From Macrostomum lignano (Eukaryota), in the NCBI GenBank assembly GCA_002269645.1, contig NIVC01001001.1, positions 310,001 through 374,000 on the forward strand: 64,000 bases of DNA. The letters run 5' to 3'. The notes beneath the pieces were generated by a model. That model worked only from the letters and a program-made list of their open reading frames with translations, did not search any database and had not been told where the DNA came from. A program made the translations under genes and the position numbers. This document shows, in pieces, positions 39,394-50,300 of the stretch. Numbering within the stretch: position 1 is the first letter of the stretch; each line of letters opens with the position of its first letter.

Positions 39394-42300
39394 ATGTCCC
39401 AACACAGGCTGCTGTTGTTGCTGACTGCCGCTCTGATTGCAGCCGCGTCAGCTGCTCCGTGCTTCATCTACCGAGGCTGGAAGAATCCGTGCCACGAAGT
39501 CACCTGCCCGGACAATGCCCAGTGTGTGCCGGCATTGAACATGCACAAGTACAAGTGCACCTGCCCCACGGACTGCTGGGACATCGGTGACAGCGATGAT
39601 AGCGGACAGGTGACGGGGGCAGACAGTGAGAGGGAAAGCAATGTGAGATGAGACGGAGGGCAGAGTGTGAGATGAGAAGAGAGACTATGAGATGAGACAG
39701 ATGGCAGAGTGTGAGATGAGAAGAGAGACTATGAGATGAGATGGAGGGCAGAGTGTTAGATGAGAAGAGAGACTATGAGATGAGACGGAGGGCAGAGTGT
39801 GAGATGAGACGGAGGGCAGAGTGTGAGATGAGACGGAGGGCAGAGTGTGAGATGAGACGGAGGGCAGAGTGTGAGATGAGACGGAGGGCAGAGTGTGAGA
39901 TGAGACGGAGGGCAGAGTGTGAGATGAGACGGAGGGCAGAGTGTGAGATGAGACGGAGGGCAGAGTGTGAGATGAGAAGAGAGAGTAGAGAAAAGTTTAC
40001 ACTGACAGTTTAGCTCAATGGACATAATGAAACTGCATGGATGCAGTATAGGTATCTAGAGTTGAGATTCTAGAATATTATTTAAGCAACCCACGAGCCC
40101 GATGCCAAAGCGATACATGTACATTGTTCGAATGCAGGTGTGCGGCAGCGATGGCATCACCTACGAAAGTCTGTGCCACCTTCAGCGCGCCTCCTGCCAC
40201 GCCGCTGTCATGGTGACGCCTGTGTACCGCGGCGTCTGCGACCCCTGCGTCCTGGAAAGCAACGGGAGGCGGCGCTCCGTGTGCCCGCAGAATCAGCGCT
40301 GCGTTTTAGATGCTCTGAGGCGGCCCCGATGCGAGTGCAATTATTCGTGTAGGCGGCTAGATATACTACTACTGACTGATCAAGTAGAAAGTGTTGGGCA
40401 TTTTGTGACTTTTTTGTAACCGCTGAGAAGTGTTTGATGTCCAGTTCCTAGTGGAATCTAGAGGCATGCAATTCCTCAGATCTAGAGGCATCCAATTCCT
40501 CAGATCTAGAGCTAGGCATCCAATTCCTCAGATCTAGAGGTATGCAATTCCTCAGATCTAGAGGCGTCTTAATTCCTCAAATCTAGAAGCATGCAATTCC
40601 TCAGATCTAGAGGCATGCAATTCCTCAGATCTAGAGGCGTCTAAATTCCTCAAATCTAGAAGCATGCAATTCCTCAGATCTAGAGGCATCCAATTCCTCA
40701 GATCTAGAGGCATCCAATTCCTTCAGATCTAGAGGCATCCAATTCCTCAGATCTAGAGGCATCCAATTCCTCAGATCTAGAGCTAGGCATCCAATTCCTC
40801 AGATTTGGAGGCATCCAATTCCTCAAATCTAGAAGCATGCAATTCCTCAGATCTAGAGGCATCCAATTCCTCAGATCTAGAGGCATCTAATTCCTCAGAT
40901 CTAGAGGCATCCAATTCCTCAGATCTAGATGCATCCAATTCCTCAGATCTAGAGGCATCCAATTCCTCAGATCTAGAGGCATCCAATTCCTCAGATCTAG
41001 AGGCATCCAATTCCTCAGATCTAGAGGCATCCAATTCCTCAGATCTAGAGCTAGGCATCCAATTCCTCAGATCTAGAGGCATCCAATTCCTCAAATCTAG
41101 AAGCATGCAATTCCTCAGATCTAGAGGCATCCAATTCCTCAGATCTAGAGGCATCCAATTCCTCAGATCTAGAGGCATCCAATTCCTTCAGATCTAGAGG
41201 CATCCAATTCCTCAGATCTAGAGGCATCCAATTCCTCAGATCTAGAGCTAGGCATCCAATTCCTCAGATCTAGAGGCATCCAATTCCTCAAATCTAGAAG
41301 CATGCAATTCCTCAGATCTAGAGGCATCCAATTCCTCAGATCTAGAGGCATCCAATTCCTCAGATCTAGAGGCATCCAATTCCTCAGATCTAGATGCATC
41401 CAATTCCTCAGATCTAGAGGCATCCAATTCCTCAGATCTAGAGGCATCCAATTCCTTCAGATCTAGAGGCATCCAATTCCTCAGATCTAGAGTCATCCAA
41501 TTCCTCAGATCTAGAGCTAGGCATCCAATTCCTCAGATCTAGAGGCATCCAATTCCTCAAATCTAGAAGCATGCAATTCCTCAGATCTAGAGGCATCCAA
41601 TTCCTCAGATCTAGAGGCATCCAATTCCTCAGATCTAGAGGCATCCAATTCCTTCAGATCTAGAGGCATCCAATTCCTCAGATCTAGAGGCATCCAATTC
41701 CTCAGATCTAGAGCTAGGCATCCAATTCCTCAGATCTAGATGCATCCAATTCCTCAGATCTAGATGCATCCAATTCCTCAGATCTAGAGGCATCCAATTC
41801 CTCAGATCTTGAGGCATCCAATTCCTCAGATCTAGAGGCATCCAATTCCTCAGATCTAGAAGCATCCAATTCCTCAGATCTAGAGCTAGGCATCCAATTC
41901 CTCAGATCTAGAGGCATCCAATTCCTCAGATCTAGAGGCATCCAATTCCTCAGATCTTGAGGCATCCAATTCCTCAGATCTAGAGGCATCCAATTCCTCA
42001 GATCTAGATGCATCCAATTCCTCAGATCTAGATGCATTCAGTTTCCCAAATCTAGAGGTTCTAGTTCCTCAGATCAATAGATTTCAGTTCCTCAGTCCTA
42101 GAGGCCTCCTTAAACTTACTTCAACAGCTCAAACTCGCTTTCGCAGGCGACCGCATCGGCCCGGACGCTGGCGATCTGGTGTGCGCATCCAACGGCGTAA
42201 CCTACTCAGACCAGTGCCGGATGAACCACGACGCCTGCCTTCGCGGCGTCAACACCACGAAGCTGTCCACCGGCGAGTGTCCAACCGGCAAATACTGCAC

Positions 42301-43195
42301 CGAGTGCCGGCATCCTTACCAGCGCTGCCGAGTTGAGAATGAGCTGACAGGCGTGTCCACCTGTCACTGTCCGGAGTCCTGTCCGCCAGTGCTCAGTCCG
42401 GTTTGCGGCTCCGACAATAACACCTACGAGTCGCTGTGCCACCTGTACAGGCACGCCTGTCTGAACAATCTGCCACCGAAACAGCTGCTGCCAGTCCATC
42501 GCGGCAGCTGCAGCCGGGAGGGCCTGTGCGGCCGTGGCCGCAGCCAGCCCTGCCTGTTTGGCGGCGTCTGTCGGGTGCGCATCGAGGAGAAGTTGATGTC
42601 GCATCACCAGATTAGCTACAGCGGCAAGTTCGCCTGCGACCCGCCCGAATGCCTCTGGTCGGAGACGCCAGACGATGCTGAGCCGGCCGGAGACCGCTGG
42701 CTGCTGGCCGTGATTCTGTCCGCCGCAGGCGGAGAGTTCAGCGCCCAGGTGTGCGGTACGGACGGCGTCACGTACAAATCTGAGTGCCACCTGCGCCGGA
42801 GGGCGTTCGAATTGCGGCGCGACATTCGAGTCAGCGAGAGAAGCAGCTGCAATCCGTGCAGGAAGGTCACCTGTCCGCACTTCGGTCTGTGCCGCGTCAA
42901 CTCGCGCGGCCAGCCGCAATGCCACTGTCCGACTAACTGTCTGTACAGCCCTGGCGAGACCAGCGTCTGCGGCAGCGACGGTCGAATCCACGACTCCGGC
43001 TGCGAGCTGAGGCGAACCTCCTGTCGGACTAAGCAAGACATTCAGATTTTGCCGATCGAGATGTGTGGCCAGGGAGCTGCTGGCAGAAGGAGGCGTGGGA
43101 ATAAAGAAAAGCGCAGCGTCGACCGAGGACGCCAACAGCATCAGCATCGGCTGCGGCATTATCGAAAGCGCAGTTTCCTTGTTGCTCAGCAGTGA
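39394..43195 (+). CDS. Secreted agrin-like follistatin/Kazal repeat protein, 3 exons, ~491 aa, five FS modules
   Basis: join(39394..39609,40138..40348,42147..43195), 1476 nt, phases 0/1. Signal peptide MSQHRLLLLLTAALIAAASA is followed by CFIY..KNPC and five modules with VCGSDG/VCASNG/VCGTDG..TY...C..RxxC patterns, resembling the agrin N-terminal FS array. Basic C-terminal tail; AATAAA at ~43429. Confidence 0.88.
39625..39985 (+). repeat. 24 bp minisatellite in intron 1 of the FS gene
   Basis: Unit GTGTGAGATGAGACGGAGGGCAGA. Confidence 0.92.
40455..42110 (+). repeat. 24 bp satellite (AGATCTAGAGGCATCCAATTCCTC), ~1.65 kb, intron 2 of the FS gene
   Basis: More than 60 monomers with recurrent variants (GAGCTAGGC; CAAATCTAGAAGCATG; CCTTCAG). 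Confidence 0.95.
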
Positions 43196-44039
43196 CGGAA
43201 GATTTTAGAAGCTATAAACCCTAGCGCTGGGGCAACAAAACTTCGTAGCCATGATCTACAAGATTCAATACCCAGATTTGCACACCACTTCCGATCGAAG
43301 CGACTATGAGCGGTAAACTATTTTAAACAAAATTTTACTACAACAGTTTTGTTGACTTAACAAAACTACTCATATTTAATACTTATTCTCGTAGGCATGT
43401 AAAATTAAATTTATCATTAATAGCTTTAATAAACAAACAATCAATCACCGCGAGGTTTTATTTACTTCGGTGGTCGGAAAACTTAGAAAAAATCAACGTT
43501 TGACTCTTTTAAGTCACGTGTATGTACATGTACTCTACTACAAGGTTGCATTTAGGAGATGAAGATTATGTATGATACATCAATTATTACACACGAGTAA
43601 CACTGTAAATTGCAATGCTTAGACAAATTGCAAGGGCGCGATGATATCGCATCAAGGACCACTGTAGTCCTTGTATCGCATCTGAATTAAAACGAGTCCA
43701 CCAGAGCTGAACTTCACTATCTAACTTAATCTGCTTCTTGCAAAGAAAATCTCGAAGAAAAAGTATCGGGGTTTTAAAGGAATTTAAAGTAATTTTTAAG
43801 CGGCTTCACTCCGGATTTGCTGAAAGAAAATTAAGTCGTTAATTTCTAGAAACAGTCGAGCTATCCCGCGAATTTGATTTCGGCACTGTATTATCGCAGG
43901 CCCTGCGCCTCGAGGATAATTAACTTATTTTTCGAAACCATCAAAGTAAAAGCTTTTTCGTGCGAAATACCGACTTAAAAGTTATATTAGTCAAAGTACC
44001 ATACATGTATCTATAGCATTTAGTCGATATCAATGAAAA

Positions 44040-46150
44040 ATGATTTTGGACATCCTTTTAAGCGATTACAAACGAATACCAATCGTAACGAGGTCCTACT
44101 GTACAGCATGCTTCGTTACTACTTTGGCTGTTGTAAGTCTGCGCAATTGATTTTGATTTTCTATATCCCACCCAGTGTATGCGTGTATATTTATTTAAGT
44201 TGTATATTATGATTCATTTACTTTTCTCAAACTTGCTTTTCTACATTAGCTATTAGTATCTGGAATTCGTTGGTCCCCATCAGCTTTATTATAATCCGAA
44301 GTTGCTGCTAACAACAATGCAGGTAAATAAATTGTTTATTGTGTTGATTTTATGCAGAAATTATTAAGTACCTTATTTTCTTCTCAGTGAAGAGCAGTAT
44401 GACTATTGGTATTACATGTTGTTATTGGTAAAATTTGAAAGATTTCAACACAGGCTATATAAAATAAGATAACTTTAAAGAACTTACATGATAAATAATG
44501 GATAAAGGCATTTTTTACTTTGAATTTTTTGTTGCAATTAAATTACTTTTTCATTATTATTTTGAGATTTGTTGGTCTCAAGGATAGTAGTTAATTTCAT
44601 ATACAATATGCATAATCCAAGGTTAACTCTAACTGTAACAACCCTATTAACACAAACTATAGAAATAAAAGGTAAAGAGCTATAACAAATTTTAGACAGA
44701 TATATACAAAAGGATCAACAAATTTAAACTTACTTCATTTGTTACAATATTCATTAATTTATGAAATTGAGTCAAAATGATCATATAAAATTTTCAGCAA
44801 TTCTAATTATATTTTAGATTTGGCGACCAATAACTTGTTTTCTGTTTCTTGGAAAGCTCAACTTCAGCTTCTTCTTTCGCCTCTTAGCCGTGTACCGCTG
44901 CTGTCGCATGCTCGAGGAGGACGTATTTCGGAATCGCACAGGCGACCTCGTCTTTATGCTGGCATTCTGTGGCTTCTTTATTCTAGTGAGAGTTGATGCA
45001 ATTTTAATTTTATGATCGGCTATAGGCTTGTACTATAGTTCTAGGACTTAAAAGGACCAATATACAGAGACAGTATATAGGTGCAATTAGTGTCAAAGAT
45101 TTCCGACAAGTTATGAATAATGGTTTGGTTGTCTCCGGGCACCATTCAACAGGTGTATTGAAGACTGACATCTTTCTACATGTACGTACGTATATGGACT
45201 TGATACTTGATAATTGAGGGCCAACCCAACACCCAAGGCACAGAGAGTGTGTACACCCTGCGTGAGCGTGTTATGTGCCTCAGAGCTGGTTTGTGGGACG
45301 TATACGATTCTTGATCAAAATTCACTTAATTTTCAGCTAGCAAACTGTTTCCTTGGCTCGGCATTCCTGGCGCAGTCCTTTCTCATGTCGATGATCTACC
45401 TGTGGTGCCGTAATCGCTGGTACAGGTTCATCAACTTGCACCTAATTGGCCAGATCGCATTTCCGGCACTGTTTCTGCCGCTAATAATCTTATTGATATC
45501 GATGGTGCTGTATAAGTCTGCTTGCATGGCCAATCTGCTAGGTGAGATTAGTTTAATTACAGGTTTTGCATGTACAATGGGATTATTGCACCTGTGCTAA
45601 ATCATGAGATACAATAGCTTATGACCTTATGTTAACCGATTAAGTGTGTTAAAGCTTACAACCTGTACTGATTACAGTGTGAAGAAGATAGCGCGCTTTA
45701 GGATTTTTATTTTATTAGCTAGCCAGGTTGATTGGTTGTGTTGCATATCAAACCTGTTCTGATTATAGAGTGGGGTGGTTGGTTGTATCACGAATTAATT
45801 AATTTTTGTAAATTTTCGCACCTGGGCAACATGGAATCAGGGGCTTGTGTACCTTTGCTAGTTGGATTGGATACATGTACTATTATTATGCTTACACACT
45901 GCTGCGAATATATTTCATGCAGGCATATTAGTCGGTCATCTGTACTTCTTTTTCGACGGAGTATTTCCTCAACTTGGCCACGGATTTCAAGTGTTGCGCA
46001 CTCCCCGATTTTTGTAAGCCCGGTCTGAATTTGAAGATTTTATTAACGAGCATAAAAAATTTAATAACATCCTTTCTTTATTTCCATTATTGCAGGCGTA
46101 AACTTTTCGATGAACATCGAGAGCCATTTACAGAACCAGGCATGAATTGA
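44040..46150 (+). CDS. Derlin (Der1-like, rhomboid pseudoprotease family), divergent and closest in layout to Derlin-2; 6 exons, 225 aa
   Basis: join(44040..44132,44257..44322,44818..44985,45337..45541,45923..46013,46096..46150), 678 nt. Motifs [20 protein letters not shown] (WR motif), [24 protein letters not shown] (GxxxG) and VLRTP. Confidence 0.9.
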
Positions 46151-46703
46151 AGCAACTACTTTTAGTAGCACAAATACTGCACATAGAGTTTGCATTAAAA
46201 AAATTATTTTCTTAGATCAAATAGCTATTTACTAAGTGGCTTTACGAGTAGTCAGGTGTAAGAGCAGAGTTTAAATAATTTTTATTGCGTTATTTTTTAC
46301 CATTGGTTTTATTTTTTAAACATAAATGAAATAAATACACCTTATTTTTAAAGTCTTTTAAAGTCTTTACTTTTTAAAGTCTATTTAAAAAAAATTCAAC
46401 GCTCAAGCATTTATTGATGAAAATCTTACTTTTGTTTGTAAAATTTCTCATTATTATTAATAATAATATGTATTTGTCAGACAGTCAGGTTAAAAACAAC
46501 AGATTGTTTCCGTGTGAGCCAATCGAATAAAAAATTAATAGTAAAAAAACGCGAATAAAGACACAGAACTGAAGCTGTTTGTAAAATTGATATATTATAT
46601 TTTCATATTTCACATTGGATTGAGAGATACGTAATAAGAAATTAAAGCACAGAACGAAGCAGACAACATAAAATAAATGAAAGCTGATGAGCTCCAATCT
46701 TCT

Positions 46704-46772
46704 GGGTGCGTCGTGGCGTAGCGGTCAAGCGAATGACGCGTGAAATTCTAAAGGTCCCGAGTTCGATTCAGC
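46704..46772 (+). pseudogene. tRNA-derived fragment / SINE head
   Basis: A-box-like GTGGCGTAGCGGT and B-box-like GTTCGATTC at tRNA spacing, but the acceptor stem does not close. Confidence 0.5.
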
Positions 46773-47322
46773 TAAAAAATCAATAATTTATTCGAGGTCG
46801 ACTACTACTTACTAAGTAGTACAACTGACAGGAATAGCAAGCTAAAAATCGCATGAAAATTTAAAATACAGAAGCCAGAAGGCTGCACAAGGCAGGTAGA
46901 CGCGCGTGGTTTGGTCAGTCAGAATTTTCCATGCGCAATAAACAAACCGAATAATCAAAGTTCAAAAAAATTACAGATGAACAACCAAACCAAATTTACA
47001 GGAGTATTTAAACAGGTCAGCAGAAACAGATTCAATCATGCTTGACTAGTGGAAAAATGACGATGATTGAACGCGGATCGCCAAATGATTGCCAGCCAAA
47101 TGAATATTATACTGTATAATATAATATAGGTACACTCTGCGCCTTGGTGATCGGGGAACCTTCGGGTGTACTTTGGCGCAGGAACAGCCAAGCTACTATC
47201 ATGTCAGCTGTACTACAGCTACGGTAATAAATGAGCATAGAAAACTCCATTGGAGTAGTGGTCAGTAGTCAGTAGCGCGAATGACAATAAAAAAATCTAA
47301 TCTCGCTAATTAAACAATTCGA

Positions 47323-50300
47323 TCAGCACTGGGAAGAGCCGACATCATCGTACCAGGCCGAAGCTGCACCAGCTGCTGGGTGTCTTGCTGGCTCCCTGCC
47401 TGCAGCTGTCGCTGTGGTTGTCGGCTCAACGCTAATCCGAGTCAACCGTTCGAGATCTCGCTCGGTCAGGTGCAGCTGCTGGGGCGGCCGGCCGTCTCTG
47501 GTGCTGCTGTAGCCGCTGCTGCTGCTGACTGTGGACTCGGCGCCTGCAGCTACCGTGGACAGCCTGGTTGGCGTCTGCTGCTGACGAGAGGAAGGACCGG
47601 CGGCAGAGTTCGCGGTAGCCAACGCCTCGGCAGCAGTTCGCTCTTCTAAAACGCTCAAACGCTTCGAAATAAAAGCGGCAGATGAAGAAGTGGGAGGCTG
47701 AAGCGGCGGCAGCGACATGGCGGATGACAACTCGCTGTCCGACACTTCGGTGATTGTGGACAAATTCGGCTCGTAGACGGAGTCCTCGGCACCGGCCAGC
47801 AGCTGGAGCTGCTCATCACCGCTGCCGTATATCAGCTGATTCAGTGTCTGGCCTTCGTTCGGCTGCCAGGGCGCCTTGCTGGGAGGCGGCTGCGGCTGCT
47901 GTTTGGCCGAAGGAGCCTCCGGCAGGTCCGATTCGCTCTCTTGCGACGGGCGTCGAAAGCCGGGAGGCGGCGGCGGGGGCGGCGGTGGCTGAGGCTGAGA
48001 CGGAGGTGGCGTGGCCGGTACAGCCGGGTCATTGTCGTCTATCTCGGCTAGAAGCTCAGTGTCCGCCGCAGTGACCGGCAGGAACTGGCCAGAGTGCACG
48101 CTGAGCAGCGACTCCTGCGAAGAGGAGGACACGGACTCGATCAGCTGCTGCTGTACAGGCGTGTTGGCCACGTCTTGAAGGCCTAGCAGAGCAGTGGCAG
48201 CCAGCTGCAGCAGTCGGCCAGCCTGCCTGCCTCCGCCGCCTCCGCTAAGCTGCAGTAGCACGAACTCCTGCCCAACTTCCAGCAGATCAAAGCCAAGCGA
48301 CGACAACAACTCGTGACAACCGTCGGAGCCGCGCCATAGTTGCACAGGGACTCGCAGCTCCGCTGTGCCTGTCCGCGGCATTGTGCTGGACACTGTTGGC
48401 CGGCCTGAAGTCCGGCTGGACGTTGAAGTTGAAGCCAGCAGCAGGTCGACCAGCTGCCGCAGCTGCTGGCCAGACGAGGCTGCCAGCAGGCCGGACAGAG
48501 CGCCCAGCGACCTGTCTGGGAGGCCCAGCAGCGCCATCAGACACGCCGACGTCTGCGCCAGGCGTTCGGCCGGGTCCAAAGTCGGGAAGAACAGCACAGC
48601 GGCAGTCGACTCGTCGCTAGGCACGGCGTTGAGGTCGTCGGTCGTCTTGCCGACGCCGCTCGTCAGCCGGAATCCCAGCGCCGCCAGAAGGTTGCGCCAG
48701 TGTCGGCTGGAGGCCACCTGGCGACCGACTTTCTTTTCGACGCTTAACTGGCTGGTGTACATCGGCGTGCGACAGCCCTGCGGGGAGCGACAAAATATTT
48801 TGAGTTTCTCTTGTCAAAATTATCTAGCTTCATCAGTCACTATGATTACTTCGCTTCTGCGTCAGTATCACCCCATCTCAATCTCACCCCATCAAAATCT
48901 CACCCCATCTCAATCTCATCCCATCTCAGTCTAATCTAGTCTCGGTCTCACCCCAGCTCAATCTCACCACATCAGTCTCACCCCAGCTCAACCTACCCCA
49001 TCTCAATCTCATCCTATCTCAGTCTCACCTAATCTCATTCCATCTCAATCCCGCCCCAACTCAATCTCACTCAATCTCAGTCTCATCCCACCTTAGTCTC
49101 ATCCCATCTCAATCTCACCTGGACAATCCGCTGCAGTGATTTCTCAATAAGATGTAGCAGAATTCGCAGCGCCTCTTTGCGCATCTGATCGGCGCCACCG
49201 CTGGTCCCGGCGCCAATTCCGGCGCCAATCAGAGCGGACAGCGAGCGCGCAATTGTTAAACTGCGCTTCCTCAGCCGAGCGGACGCGTCGCCAATCAGCG
49301 CCCAACCGGCCCAGCACTGGGGCGCCGCGCTAATCTCGGCGCGCACCAGAGCTTGAGCCGCGCGTAGCGCCACCCCAGCCGGTTGATACTGCAACAGGCC
49401 GGTGTAGAAGGACTTCAACAGAGCGCGCGTAGCTTTGTCCGGCGCCGGCCAGAGGCACACGAGGCAGCAGCGAGCTCCGGCAGCAAGGAACGAACGGCAC
49501 AGAGTCTGCAGACCGTCTGAGGTGGCCTGGCAAGCGGGGCTGACGTGGCCGCAGCTGAGCACTACAAGCCGGCAGGCGGGCAGCCGGGCCTGAGTCAGGT
49601 CATGCGGGGTGAGCAGTAGGTCGGATAGAGACGACGACTGCAGGTTGGCGTCCTCTGCTGAAGATGCTTCGGCGAATTGCTGCTGCTGCTGCTGCTGTTG
49701 TTGGTCCTGTACAGGCGGCGCCAGAACAATGGCCGATTGCGACCAGCTGATATTGGCGGCAAAGTGTAGCAGTTCAATTGGTTGGCTGTCTTCTTTTTGG
49801 TCAGTCTGCTGCTGCTGCATCAGCTGCTGTAGCACAGCTCGGCGAGTTGCTTGACGACCGAGCAGCGGCTGGGGAGCCGCGGCCAGCAGGTCGGCAAGGC
49901 TGCGGCACTCGTGCTCCGCCGGCGGTGCTGACTGGCACCAGAGATGTCGGTCGGCAACGCCGCGGGGCAGCCAGGGGTTGCCGACGATCAGCTGACGGTG
50001 CGGCTGTAGCGACTCCGCGGCCGCGGCGGCTGAGGCGTCGGCACCGTCCGGTGCGGAGGCGGCCTCGGCAACTGTTGCTGGGGAGTCTTTTGGCCTGGAT
50101 TTGGAAGATTGGAATTCGATTGGACAGACGAGCTTGCAGGTCCTCAGTTGCTGGGCCAGCCTCCCAGATCCTCATCAGTTGCTGGTCCACCAGCCTCCCA
50201 GATCCTCATCAGTTGCTGGTCCACCAGCCTCCCAGATCCTCATCAGTTGCTGGTCCAGCCTCCCAGATCCTCATTTGCTGGGCCAGCCTCCCAGATCCCC

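Noticed and set aside
42658-42728. Possible GT-AG mini-intron removing the hydrophobic insertion in FS module 4
   Set aside because: At 71 nt it would shift the frame of the downstream Kazal motifs.
42206-43159. Long antisense ORFs opposite GC-rich exons (also 47754-48934, 56833-57348, 6111-6584, 14680-15023)
   Set aside because: They are shadows of GC3-rich coding frames with no independent motif.
46704-46772. Functional tRNA gene
   Set aside because: A and B boxes are present, but the acceptor and T stems do not pair; kept only as a tRNA-derived fragment.
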